DNA of 31,295 nucleotides from an uncultured Nitrososphaerota archaeon (GTDB lineage Archaea; Korarchaeota; Korarchaeia; Korarchaeales; Korarchaeaceae): NCBI GenBank assembly GCA_964594835.1, contig CAZQNA010000014.1, positions 1 to 31,295 of the forward strand, read 5' to 3'. Shown piece by piece: positions 9,020 to 18,662 of this stretch (position 1 is its first letter; each line of letters starts with the position of its first letter). The notes under the pieces were generated by a model. It saw only the letters and a program-made list of their open reading frames with translations, ran no database searches and was not told where the DNA came from. The position numbers and the translations under genes were made by a program.

Positions 9020-10648
9020 GTGGCCGTCGAAATTAGGGGTCTCACCTTCACTTACGCCAGTAAGGAGGAGCCTGCCCTCAGTGGAATCGATCTGACTGTG
9101 GAGGAGGGAGAGACCATACTTCTGGTTGGCAGGAGCGGGAGTGGCAAGTCCACCCTGATCAAGGCCATCAATGGCCTCATCCCTCATAGGTACGAGGGGA
9201 GGTACGAGGGGGATGTGAGGGTCACGGGACTCTCGGTCAAGAGAGCCAGCCTCTCCCAGCTCTCGAGGTTGGTGGGCACCGTGGTCCAGGAGGTCTCTAA
9301 GCAGCTAGTCCTTCCCAACGTTGAGGACGACGTGGCCTTCGGTCCCTGCAACCTCTGCCTTCCCAGGGATGAGGTGGCCAGGAGGGTGGAGTCAGCGCTG
9401 GCCAGCGTCGACGCCCTCCACCTCAGGGACAGGGACGTCAACGAGCTAAGCGGCGGGGAGAAGCAGAGGGTGGCGATAGCCGGGATACTCGCAATGGACC
9501 AGCCCATCGTCCTGATGGATGAACCGCTGGCCAACCTGGACAGCGAGGGAGTCAGGCTCGTTCAGAGCTACCTGAGGAAGATGAAGGCGAGGGGCAGGAC
9601 CCTCCTGATCGCGGAGCACAGGACAGAGGAGATACTCGAGGTGGGAGTGGACCGCATACTCGTGATGGAGGGAGGAAGGATCGTTAAAGAGCTGGAGGAC
9701 GAGTCAGGGCTAAGGGAGTTCGCGGGCGCCATAAAGGTCCCCGCGACCCTCTTCGAGGTCAAAGCCCCGGGGATCGGGCTGGGGCTGGGACCCGAAGGCC
9801 CCGCCCGGGGGCCGGTGGCCGTGAGGTTCGAGGGCGTCAGCTTCAGCTACGACGGAAGGCCAGCCATCAGGGACGTGACCTTGGAGGTGAGGGAGGGGGA
9901 GAGGATAGCCCTGCTAGGAAACAACGGGGCGGGGAAGAGCACCCTCGCCAAGCTGATGCTGGGTATACTCAAACCCACGAGTGGGAGGGTCCTAGTTTAC
10001 GGCATGGACACCCGAGAGAGGGAGGTCTACGAGATAGCCCCCTATGTCGGCCTCGTCTTTCAGGACCCGTTTAACATGCTATTCGCGAGGAGCGTCGAGG
10101 AGGAGCTCTCCTACGGCCCCAGGAACCTCGGGGTTGGGGGTGGAGAGATCGCGGAGAGGGTTAGGGCGGCAGCCTCGAGGTGCGGGATCGAGCACCTGCT
10201 TCCCCACTCCCCCTTCGCCGCCAGCCACGGGGAGAAGAAGAGGATATGCGTGGGGTCGGTGCTGACCATGATGCCCAGGGTCCTGATCCTGGACGAGCCC
10301 ACGGCAGGCCAGGACTACGCCAGCTACACCGCGTTCATGGACTTCATATCGAGCCTCATGGAGTCCGGGGCGATAAGGTCCCTCATCGTGATAACGCACG
10401 ACACGGACCTCGCCATAGAGTACACCCAGAGGACGGTCATACTCTCGGACGGGAGGGTGGTTGCCGACGGACCCACCAGGGAGGTCCTCGCCGACCCCGA
10501 CAATCTGAGGGTCGGGAGGATAAGGGAGACGAGCCTCGTGAGGGTTGGGAGGAGCCTCACGGGAGGGAGGTACGTCCTGGGCCTCAGGGACCTCCTTCGG
10601 ATGGGTGGAGTGTCTGGTAAAAGGAAGGGATTTAAGCAGGCCGAATAG
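9020..10648 (+). CDS. ECF transporter fused double ATPase (A-A')
   Basis: Two ABC domains (GRSGSGKS...LSGGEKQR...LMDEP and GNNGAGKS...SHGEKKR...LDEPT). GTG at 9020 chosen because TTTTTTAA lies about 25 bp upstream. Confidence 0.93.
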   Translation: MAVEIRGLTFTYASKEEPALSGIDLTVEEGETILLVGRSGSGKSTLIKAINGLIPHRYEGRYEGDVRVTGLSVKRASLSQLSRLVGTVVQEVSKQLVLPNVEDDVAFGPCNLCLPRDEVARRVESALASVDALHLRDRDVNELSGGEKQRVAIAGILAMDQPIVLMDEPLANLDSEGVRLVQSYLRKMKARGRTLLIAEHRTEEILEVGVDRILVMEGGRIVKELEDESGLREFAGAIKVPATLFEVKAPGIGLGLGPEGPARGPVAVRFEGVSFSYDGRPAIRDVTLEVREGERIALLGNNGAGKSTLAKLMLGILKPTSGRVLVYGMDTREREVYEIAPYVGLVFQDPFNMLFARSVEEELSYGPRNLGVGGGEIAERVRAAASRCGIEHLLPHSPFAASHGEKKRICVGSVLTMMPRVLILDEPTAGQDYASYTAFMDFISSLMESGAIRSLIVITHDTDLAIEYTQRTVILSDGRVVADGPTREVLADPDNLRVGRIRETSLVRVGRSLTGGRYVLGLRDLLRMGGVSGKRKGFKQAE

Positions 10649-10667
10649 CGAGGCTCAGGTGACAAAG

Positions 10668-11228
10668 GTGGCTGAGAGGCGCACCTTTTCCACAATAAAC
10701 CTCGTCGCCATGGGCATAGGTACAGCCCTCTACGCGGCGTTCAACGTCTTCTTCAACCTGTTTCAGCTTCCCGGGACACAGCTTGTTGCCCTCCGGCCCA
10801 GCGTGTGCATACCCATGTTCTTCGGCTACGTCTTCGGTCCCGTCGTCGGGTTCGTGTCTGGTTTCCTAGGGAACGTGATCAGCGACGCGATAAGCTGGGG
10901 AGGGTTCTGGTGGAACTGGGACGTGGGCAACGGCCTCCTCGGCCTCATACCCGGGCTGGCGTTCTACCTCATACCCCGTGAGGAGACCTTCCGCAAGAGG
11001 GGCTACGTGGTCTGCGCCATCCTGGCGGTGGTCGCCTCGGTGGTTGGGATGGGGTTCGCCGCCTACACCGACTACATATTCGGGTACGGGGTCTCCACCG
11101 TGGAGGAGGCCACCTACGCTCTGTTCATCCCGGCCGCCGTGACCGACGCCATAAACGGGGCCATACTCGCTCCGATCCTCGTGGCAGCCTACTCGGCCGC
11201 GGCGAGGGGCAGGGCCAGGAGAGCCTAG
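10668..11228 (+). CDS. ECF transporter S component (UPF0397/DUF1393-like)
   Basis: FGPVVGFVSGFLGNVISD...WWNWDVGNGLLG, hydrophobic, located between ECF A and T genes. GGTGA RBS precedes GTG at 10668. Confidence 0.85.
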   Translation: MAERRTFSTINLVAMGIGTALYAAFNVFFNLFQLPGTQLVALRPSVCIPMFFGYVFGPVVGFVSGFLGNVISDAISWGGFWWNWDVGNGLLGLIPGLAFYLIPREETFRKRGYVVCAILAVVASVVGMGFAAYTDYIFGYGVSTVEEATYALFIPAAVTDAINGAILAPILVAAYSAAARGRARRA

Positions 11229-12023
11229 ATGTCCGCCGCCAGGTTCATCAGGTACGTGGAGGGCGACAGCCCTGTCCACAGGCTCGATCCCCGCGCCAAA
11301 CTCACCTTCATTTTTTTCCTCATCCTGAGCCTCACCCTGGCCTCCGGCCTGATCCAGGTGCTCCCCCTCTTGGCCTTAGCCGTTCTATTCTACCTCTCGG
11401 CCAGGCTGCCTTGGGAGAAGACAAAGGGAACCTGGGCCTTCGTACTGGCGGCGGTGATAGTCCTGTCCGCGATGAACTACCTCACCATCGCCGCCCTGTA
11501 CGGCGGAGAGGGAGAGACCCTCGCGAGCAGGCTGACCTCCCCCGAGACCCTGTACAGGGCCGTCGTCCCGGTGATCAAGCTCCTCACCCTGGCCGCGGCC
11601 ACGGCGACGCTGGTCTTCACGACCCCGCCCAACATGTACGCCCCAGCCCTTGGGCAGATGGGGCTCTCCTACGGGAAGGCTTACGTAATCCAGCTCGCCC
11701 TCCGCTACGTCCCTGAGTTCGTGACCGAGATGAGAAAGACCCTCGAGGCTCAGATGGCCAGGGGGTTCAGGCCGAGGGGAGAGAAGAGCCCCGTCTCGAG
11801 GCTGCTCGCCATAGTGCCCTTGGTGGTCCCGGTCACGGTCTCCGCGGCCCTCTCAATCTACGACATAGCGGACGCCATGGAGCTGAGGGGCTTCGGCGGG
11901 GAGAGGTGTCACACGTGGTACAGGGAGCTCAGGATGTCCAGGCTCGACAAGGCACTGACGGCGGGATCAGTCGCACTGGGGGCTACGTACGTCGCTCTCC
12001 GGATCCTTGAAGCCCTAGCCTGA
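11229..12023 (+). CDS. ECF transporter T component (CbiQ/EcfT family)
   Basis: SPVHRLDPRAK, LALRYVP, EAQMARG and AMELRGF coupling motifs. Confidence 0.93.
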   Translation: MSAARFIRYVEGDSPVHRLDPRAKLTFIFFLILSLTLASGLIQVLPLLALAVLFYLSARLPWEKTKGTWAFVLAAVIVLSAMNYLTIAALYGGEGETLASRLTSPETLYRAVVPVIKLLTLAAATATLVFTTPPNMYAPALGQMGLSYGKAYVIQLALRYVPEFVTEMRKTLEAQMARGFRPRGEKSPVSRLLAIVPLVVPVTVSAALSIYDIADAMELRGFGGERCHTWYRELRMSRLDKALTAGSVALGATYVALRILEALA

Positions 12024-12117
12024 CCCAGCACCGGCACCACGCGTCCCCCCGACCCGAGGGGACCTGACCGTCTCGGGGACCAGGGGGCCCGCCCCGCAGA
12101 AGGGGGAGGCGGGTCGG

Positions 12118-15100
12118 TCATCCCGCCCCCAGCTTTTTCCTCAGCTCTCTGTACGTCTCCTCGCTTATCTCGCCGGCTCTGTACCTGGCCTCCAGCTTCC
12201 TGAGCTTCTCTTCCACCTCCGAGGTCCGCTCCCGTTCAGCCGTCGGGGGCGGGGCCGCCGGCCTGCGCGCCTCCGTCTCGACCCGCCCCCTCGACCTCCT
12301 CGACCTGAGGGCGAGGGCGGCGCCGACCGCGATCAGGGCAGCGGCGGCCCCCAGCGCCGGCCCGAGCATCCCGCCTAGCCCAGGGAGCCCGGCTCCCCCT
12401 CCGGCCTCACCCCCTCCGCCCGTCGGCCCGGTCTCCACCTCGCCTCCGCCGGGGGTGAGCGGGGCCAAGTCCCTGCCGTCGGGCACCCCGTCTCCGTCCG
12501 AGTCGGGGTTGTAGGGGTCGGTTCCGAGGGCCTCCTCCTGCTGGTCGCTCAGCCCGTCTCCGTCCGAGTCCGCGGAGCCCACGACCACCGGGGGCGCGGG
12601 TTCGCTACCGTTCCACTGCACCGTGACCATGGTGAAGGCGGGGAAGGACTCCAGCTCCCCGTCGCTCACGACCAGCTCGACCAGCCAGGTCCCGACGGGG
12701 AGGGTCACCGTCGGGGTCGGCCCGTGTACCTGCTCTCCCTCGGCGAAGGGCCCCCTCCAGGTGAAGGTGAGGGACCTCCCCCTCGGCGAGTAGGAGTCGG
12801 AGCCGTCCAGCTGGACCCTGCCGTAGCCGTCAGGGTCGGCCTGGACCACGTAGCTCTCGGGGACCACTGCGACTGGCCTCTCCTCCGAGGCCTCCTGGGG
12901 CTCCTGGGACTCCGGGTTCCCGTCGCCATCCTCGTCGGCCCCCACCAGGAGGTCGCCGGCCAGGAGGTCGTCCCACGGGATGCCCAGCCAGGCGCTCCGG
13001 CCGGGCGGGACGTCGATGTTGTCCCACCTGCGGACGGACCAGCCCGTCCCGTTCCACTCCCTGGCCTCCACGTCAATCAGCCTGCCGGCCAGCCCTCTGA
13101 GGATTATCCACTCCACCCTATCCCCGGGCCTATAGCCGAAGCCGTCGCCCACGTCCCTAACCCATATTCCGACCTCCCTGACCCCCTCCGACTCGTTCGC
13201 CGCGGCGATGTCAATGAGGGCCTCCGGTACGTGGCCTCCCAGGACGCCAACCTCCACGGCCGTGTGGGAGACCCCGAGCCTGACACTCGAGCCGATGTCC
13301 CCGAAGAGGGTGACCCGGGAGCCCATCCCCCCCAAGACGTCGACCCAGCCGAAGTTCATCCTCCCTCTCGGGCCGATGAGGACGTCGTATAGCGCCTCCG
13401 AGTCGGTGGCCTGAAGGAAGAGGTAGGACGAGGCACTCCCCTCCGCCGGAGGCACCGGGAAGACGCCCCTAGGCCTGGCGTCCGGGTCGGCCACGAACGT
13501 CCCGTCGGGATTCAGCATCTCGTGGCCCTCGGGGTCGCTCACCTGGGTGATCGTGCCCCCCTCTCCGAAGATGAACTCCAGGCACTTATCCCTGACGTCG
13601 ATCATGGCCGTGAGGAGATCTATCAGGTCCTCCAGGTCGTCGACCGGCCTGTCGAGCAGGGTGTCGGTGGGCGTGGCGTAAATCACCCCCGTGTCCCACA
13701 CGGTCTGTGAGTCGAGCTGGAAGCGATACCCCCCTCGGAGGTCCACGTCTATGTATCTACTCTCTTGGTTATCTGCGTTCGGGTTGAAGGGGTAGTTGGG
13801 GTCGTAGACCCATATCCTGTAGACGTAGGGGCCCACCTGCTCGATGTCGTACGCCAGGACCGCGTGTCCCTCATCCGGCTTTGTGTTCATGCTGATGATG
13901 TACATGCCGTCCTCGGTTCCGGCCTCGTAGCGGGCCTTCCACGCCAAGAGCTCGTCGACCAGCTCCCTCGACATCTGGTCGGGGTCTATGCAGAAGGCGT
14001 GAATGGCCCCGGAGAGCTTTTCGAGGTCGTGTTGATAGAGGTGCTGGGCCTGGATGTACCGCCAGAGCGAGCACCCAAGCTTGGGGACCATCATGGGGCC
14101 GCCTATGTAGCACCCGCTCAGGTCGGGGTCGCGCACGCTGGCCCAGAGGCCCATGGCGTAGGGCTTGGGCACCGCGTGGCACCCCTCCACCACCTCGGCG
14201 TGCCCCGAGGCGATCTTGTAGGCCGAGAGGCACATGCCGAAGCAGAGGCCCTTGGCCCCCAGGTCCCTCCAGAAGGAGTCGTACAGGTACCTGAACAGCG
14301 GGTTCTCGGTGCACCCGAAGGGCTCCAGGCATATCTTGTCCCACCCGAAGACATCGGCGGCTATGTCCCAGCTGATCTCGCTGACGTTGAAGTTCTCGTG
14401 GCTGTGGCCGTAGAGGTAGGGGGAGTCCTCGGCGTGAATCCAGAGACCCAGCGTCTTGGATGCGACCTGAGTGGATCGGAAGCCCAGCGCAACCCTTAGC
14501 TCACCCCTGACCGCTCTGTCGGGCTCCGTCACAGCCGAGCCCCGGGGGACGGTGAAGTGGATCTTCAGCAGCTGGTCCTTAACCTCGCTCCGGACGTTGG
14601 CGAGCCTGACGGGCCTGCCGTTCACGGTCAGGGACAGCTGGTTGGTGTAGTACCCGCCGTCCCCGGCCAGGTAGCCCAGGTGCACGTACACGACCGCGGG
14701 CTGGCCCTCGAAGACGAAGCTCTCTCGCGCGAGACGCGACACGTCCAATTGACACCCCGAGCTCGTCAGAGCGTTCTCCTCGAGTTTGGGCCCGGAGAGA
14801 TCCAGCACGTGGAACTTCACCAGCCTCCTCCGGGCCTGGCCGAAGGAGTCAACGGCCTGGATGGCCACCTCGAACGTCCCTTGGAGCCTCGTGCTCACCA
14901 CGGCGCTGTCCGGCGGCCCGGAGATCGAGAACCCGTAGCTCCTCGCCTCCCCCGCCGTGGTTATCTCGTACGAGTACTGATACGGTGGATCTCCCCCCGA
15001 GGCTGGCCAGACGCTCGTGAGGTCCAAAGTCACGGACTCGCCGGCCCACACGACGTAGTAGTCGGGCCCGCCGATCATCACGTTGGTGGCCGGGTATATC

Positions 15101-17151
15101 GTGAGCCGGTAGGTCCCCGCGTAGCTCTGGCCGACCGAGTCCGTCAGGGTCACCCTCATCGTGAGGTCCCTTACGGCCTGGGGGTCGTCGGAGCTGAGCA
15201 CGCCCCCCTCGAAGGTCAGCCAGTCGGGCAGGCGGCCGTCGTGGGAGGTGACCTGGAGGGTCCAGGTGTAGGGGGGCACCCCGCCCACTGCGCCGAGGTC
15301 GAAGCGGTAGGGGGACCCCGCCACCCCGTCGGGCAGGACCTCGTCCGCCAGGATCACCGGCCTCCCGGGGACGTACGCGGCGGGATGGAGCGAGCTCAGG
15401 CTGGTCAACGCCAGGCCGGCAGCGGCCCACTCCCTGGAGACCCAATCGTAAGGGTGCCCCGTCACAGTATTCCCTACGATCACGTGGGCGACGACGCCCA
15501 GGTCCACCGCCCCTCCGCTCAGGTCCCCGAGTATGATCCTGCACTCGTCGAAGTCTGCGCTAGGCCACGCCTCCTCGAAGATCAGCCTCCCGTCCGGGGT
15601 CCAGGACGGGTTGAGTGAGTCGGACCCGGGGTTGGAGAACACCCTCCTGACGGTCCTGCTCTGCCAGTCGTACAGGTAGAGGTCGAGGTCCTTCCTCCCC
15701 TCGGCGGGGCCGGAGAAGACGATGTACCTGCCGTCGGGGGACCACTCCGGCTGTATTCCCCTGACGGGGACGTCTCTGCAGATCTCTCCGCCGGTCCCCG
15801 CCGTGAACGTCCCAGCTGGGACGCAGCGCCTCTCCAGGAGCGGAGAGACCTCGCGGCTGCTCAGGTCGAGGACGTAGAGGGCGAACATGCCGTCCCTGTC
15901 GGAGGCGAACACGACCCTCCCACCGTCGGGCGAGACCGAGGGGTCGAGGTCGTTGTAGGGTCCGTCCGTCAGCCTCGTCTCCCGAGAGCCCTCCAGGGTC
16001 ACCCTGTAGAGGTTGAACCCTCCCCCGGGCATCCCCCTGGACACCACGACGAAGGACCCGTCCGGGCCGAGGGCCGGGGTGATGTCGGCCTCCCCGTTGC
16101 TGGTGACCCTCCGGAGGGTTCCGCCCTCGTAGATGTAGACCTCGAGGCCCCTCAAGAAATCCGTGGATCCGTAGGACGCGGAAGAGCCGGTCCTCACCAG
16201 GGCGAGGACTTCACCGTCGGGAGTGGAACTCGGGGAGAACTCGTGAGTCTCGGGCAGCCTCTCCACCCTGGAGACCGGCTCCCCCGAGTCGGTCGTCAGC
16301 CAGAGGTCGCTGTCGTACCCCTCCCCCTGCCTCCCGCTCCCGGGCATGGAGAAGGCTATGACCATCGCGTGGCCCCCGCCTGAGCTGGTCACCGGCTGCC
16401 CCCCGCCGGTGGGGGTCTCTCCGCCGCCTGGAGCCGGCGTCCCTCCTCCGGGCGGGGAGGCCACCTGGTAGGTGGCGAACTCGGCGTAGTTGGACGAGGG
16501 CCAGAACCCCCTGTCGTACCCGTCCACCGTCAGCCTGACGGCGAACCCGAACCTGTCCCCGTAGTCCACCTGAAGGTCCTCGCCCTCCGAGGACCCGTGC
16601 AGGGGCTTGGAGAACTCGAAGAATATCCCGGCCGGGGTGAGGGAAGCCCTCCCCACGCCGTCCTGAACCTCGTCCCGCAGGACGGCGTAGCTCTCGCCCA
16701 TCGCGTGCATGTCGTAGTAGCCCGGGTCTCCCCAGTCGACCGACGGGGATCCCACCCAGCCGAAGATGTCCTCCCCCTCGGGGCCGACCCCGTCGGAGTC
16801 CGCGTCCAGGTAGATGAGGAGCGAGTCCGGATTCTCGCCCAGGTTGAGGTCGTCGTCCGTCACCATGGCCGCGACGTAGAGGAAGTGCGCGTCGTTCATG
16901 ATCCAGAACTTCACCTCTATCCCGTCCATGGAAAACCTCACAGAGCTGGCCGCGTCCCACTCTCCTGGGCCCAACACGCCATCGATCGCCGGAGGTACGT
17001 CGCACCACGCCGACCCCCACCAGTTCGCACCCGCCGAGGCCGGAGATGGATAGATCGGTCCCAAAAGGGTCAGCGCAGCCAGCGCTAGGGCGGAAAACTT
17101 AGCCGAGAGGGCGCGGGACCTCAGCCGGGCCAGCTTACGCCCGAACCCCAT
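12118..17151 (-). CDS. Large multidomain surface-anchored protein (CBM9/DOMON-like, TolB-like propeller, Ig repeats, papain-like Cys domain, PKD, TSP3, TM, SHOCT)
   Basis: Signal peptide after ATG at 17151; PPAIDGVLGPGEW; PD40-type repeats (PSVSPDG, PEWSPDG, PSWTPDG); GGVPPYTW Ig motif; GLCFGM/GHAVLAY/VYDPN; LDGSDSYSP PKD; DSDGDG repeats; TM; LRKLEARYRAGEISEETY SHOCT. Confidence 0.85.
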   Translation of the reverse strand: MGFGRKLARLRSRALSAKFSALALAALTLLGPIYPSPASAGANWWGSAWCDVPPAIDGVLGPGEWDAASSVRFSMDGIEVKFWIMNDAHFLYVAAMVTDDDLNLGENPDSLLIYLDADSDGVGPEGEDIFGWVGSPSVDWGDPGYYDMHAMGESYAVLRDEVQDGVGRASLTPAGIFFEFSKPLHGSSEGEDLQVDYGDRFGFAVRLTVDGYDRGFWPSSNYAEFATYQVASPPGGGTPAPGGGETPTGGGQPVTSSGGGHAMVIAFSMPGSGRQGEGYDSDLWLTTDSGEPVSRVERLPETHEFSPSSTPDGEVLALVRTGSSASYGSTDFLRGLEVYIYEGGTLRRVTSNGEADITPALGPDGSFVVVSRGMPGGGFNLYRVTLEGSRETRLTDGPYNDLDPSVSPDGGRVVFASDRDGMFALYVLDLSSREVSPLLERRCVPAGTFTAGTGGEICRDVPVRGIQPEWSPDGRYIVFSGPAEGRKDLDLYLYDWQSRTVRRVFSNPGSDSLNPSWTPDGRLIFEEAWPSADFDECRIILGDLSGGAVDLGVVAHVIVGNTVTGHPYDWVSREWAAAGLALTSLSSLHPAAYVPGRPVILADEVLPDGVAGSPYRFDLGAVGGVPPYTWTLQVTSHDGRLPDWLTFEGGVLSSDDPQAVRDLTMRVTLTDSVGQSYAGTYRLTIYPATNVMIGGPDYYVVWAGESVTLDLTSVWPASGGDPPYQYSYEITTAGEARSYGFSISGPPDSAVVSTRLQGTFEVAIQAVDSFGQARRRLVKFHVLDLSGPKLEENALTSSGCQLDVSRLARESFVFEGQPAVVYVHLGYLAGDGGYYTNQLSLTVNGRPVRLANVRSEVKDQLLKIHFTVPRGSAVTEPDRAVRGELRVALGFRSTQVASKTLGLWIHAEDSPYLYGHSHENFNVSEISWDIAADVFGWDKICLEPFGCTENPLFRYLYDSFWRDLGAKGLCFGMCLSAYKIASGHAEVVEGCHAVPKPYAMGLWASVRDPDLSGCYIGGPMMVPKLGCSLWRYIQAQHLYQHDLEKLSGAIHAFCIDPDQMSRELVDELLAWKARYEAGTEDGMYIISMNTKPDEGHAVLAYDIEQVGPYVYRIWVYDPNYPFNPNADNQESRYIDVDLRGGYRFQLDSQTVWDTGVIYATPTDTLLDRPVDDLEDLIDLLTAMIDVRDKCLEFIFGEGGTITQVSDPEGHEMLNPDGTFVADPDARPRGVFPVPPAEGSASSYLFLQATDSEALYDVLIGPRGRMNFGWVDVLGGMGSRVTLFGDIGSSVRLGVSHTAVEVGVLGGHVPEALIDIAAANESEGVREVGIWVRDVGDGFGYRPGDRVEWIILRGLAGRLIDVEAREWNGTGWSVRRWDNIDVPPGRSAWLGIPWDDLLAGDLLVGADEDGDGNPESQEPQEASEERPVAVVPESYVVQADPDGYGRVQLDGSDSYSPRGRSLTFTWRGPFAEGEQVHGPTPTVTLPVGTWLVELVVSDGELESFPAFTMVTVQWNGSEPAPPVVVGSADSDGDGLSDQQEEALGTDPYNPDSDGDGVPDGRDLAPLTPGGGEVETGPTGGGGEAGGGAGLPGLGGMLGPALGAAAALIAVGAALALRSRRSRGRVETEARRPAAPPPTAERERTSEVEEKLRKLEARYRAGEISEETYRELRKKLGAG

Positions 17152-17362
17152 GGGGCACCACCAATCGCCTGAGCAGATGTCCACGTGGTCCCCCACACGG
17201 GATCGAGCGCTTGGCCAGAGCCCGGCGTGAGGCACCGCGCGGACTCTGCCCTTGAGTCCCCCTACTTTCAATATAAGTCGACCTTCGGACGACTTCGACC
17301 AATTTTGGGAAGGTTGCCGGTTGTTTAATTCTAAATCCGAACCAACTTCGGCGGTGAGATCC

Positions 17363-17529
17363 ATGGCCAGGGTGCTCCTCGCGGCGGGCGACGGGGTCGA
17401 GGCTCAGGAGATCTTCCACCCCTACTAGAGGCTGTGAGAGAGGAGGGCATCGACGTCATGGCCGCACCGAGCAAGAAGCCCCTGCACACCGTGGTTCACG
17501 ACAGGGACCCGGACTGGGAGACTTACGTC
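17363..17529 (+). pseudogene. DJ-1/PfpI family protein, 5' remnant
   Basis: GGTGAG RBS, then MARVLLAAGDGVEAQEIFHPY*RL*/EEGIDVMAAPSKKPLHTVVHDRDPDWETYV. Two stops, a frameshift, then truncation. Confidence 0.8.
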
Positions 17530-17852
17530 AGGCTCCCGTCGCTCCACCTCGCCAGCTCTCGGAACTGAGCCGGAACCTCGAGCATCGACCCGTCCAGCAG
17601 GCGCAGCTCGCTCACGCCCCACGCCAGACCCGGCGGGAGGGCGACGCCAGACGTTACAAGTTCTTTTCGCCTATCGTAGGGGGGTCAGTTCCTCACGGTC
17701 AGGGGGATCAGGTGGTGGGGGCGCGACTCTAGCGGAGGCGTGAGGCCGATCTCTGCAGTCCCCCCACGCGGGCCTCCGGCCGACTCGCTCGGCGAGACCG
17801 AGATGAGTAGGAGCAGAAGGAGCACACCCGCGCAGATGAGGCTGAGCCGCAC
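17523..17852 (-). pseudogene. Secreted protein with PcRGLX/YetA-like N-terminal RIFT barrel, 5' remnant
   Basis: Signal peptide (VRLSLICAGVLLLLLLISVSPSESA), then IPLTVRN*PPYDRRKELVTSGVALPPG...LRLLDGSMLEVPAQFRELARWSDGSL. In-frame TGA at 17685-17687 and truncation at about 17530. Confidence 0.7.
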
Positions 17853-17995
17853 CCGATCATCCCCAGGGGGCAGGTGGGGCCTGGGGATTTGAGAGCGTTG
17901 AGAACCTCGAGCATATATCGCCGGTCCCCGGATCCCTGGGTGGATATGATGTGAGTGCCCACATTTATATGGCATCGTGGGAACTTAAGTCCAGT

Positions 17996-18226
17996 ATGGG
18001 AGTCAATGTGGTTGAGATGGACGATAGGGGCAGGATTACCCTCCCGGCCAGGCTCAGGAGGGAGCTGAGGGCCAGGAGGTTCCTCGTCTTGAGGAGCGGG
18101 AAGGAGGTCAGGCTGATCCCCCTGAGGGACCCGCTGGACCTCAAGGGATCGGTCAAGATACCCTGGAGCACGGAGGAGCTCAAGGAGGCGGGTGAGGAGT
18201 CTGTCGCGCAGAGGGCTGAGTGGTAG
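17996..18226 (+). CDS. vapB: AbrB/MazE/SpoVT-type antitoxin (VapB)
   Basis: EMDDRGRITLPARLR motif, upstream of a PIN gene, TTTATA box at 17964-17969. Confidence 0.88.
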   Translation: MGVNVVEMDDRGRITLPARLRRELRARRFLVLRSGKEVRLIPLRDPLDLKGSVKIPWSTEELKEAGEESVAQRAEW

Positions 18227-18227
18227 G

Positions 18228-18662
18228 GTGCTGCTGGACGCCGACGTGTTCATCTCTTTCCTGAGGGGAGATGATCTCGCAGACGCCGCGGAGGTCGTGG
18301 TCCGGTCTCTCTCGTCGGGAGAGGCCACGGGGCTCGTCTCCTCGATCATATACGACGAGCTGATCAGCGCGCTCAGGTCGAAGGGGGCTTCCTTTGAGCT
18401 CATCGAGGAGGTGCTGGCGGGGGTGGCGGCCATCCCCCACACTCCGCTCCCCATCACCTCGGAGGTGGCCCTGCTGGCCCTGCGGCTGTACCGGGAGCAC
18501 GGCGGCCCAAGGAGGCTGCACTACTTCGACTCCTTCCACGTGGCCACGGCCTCCCTCGAGGGGGTCCCGATGGTCACGAGTGACAGGTACATCCTGAGGA
18601 ACGCGGACTCGCTCGGCGTCGAGGTCGTGGACCTCAGAGATCTCTCTAGAGAGGGTCGGTAG
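18228..18662 (+). CDS. vapC: PIN-domain toxin (VapC)
   Basis: VLLDADVF, YDE, YFDSFHVATA, VTSD. Start uncertain (18216 or 18228). Confidence 0.9.
   Translation: MLLDADVFISFLRGDDLADAAEVVVRSLSSGEATGLVSSIIYDELISALRSKGASFELIEEVLAGVAAIPHTPLPITSEVALLALRLYREHGGPRRLHYFDSFHVATASLEGVPMVTSDRYILRNADSLGVEVVDLRDLSREGR

Noticed and set aside
17152-17364. 71-aa N-terminal extension of the giant ORF
   Set aside because: It precedes the signal peptide and spans the AT-rich divergent promoter region shared with the PfpI remnant.
17685-17687. In-frame TGA as selenocysteine or read-through
   Set aside because: The gene is also truncated 54 codons later and the position is not a recognisable redox site. Pseudogenisation is the simpler explanation.
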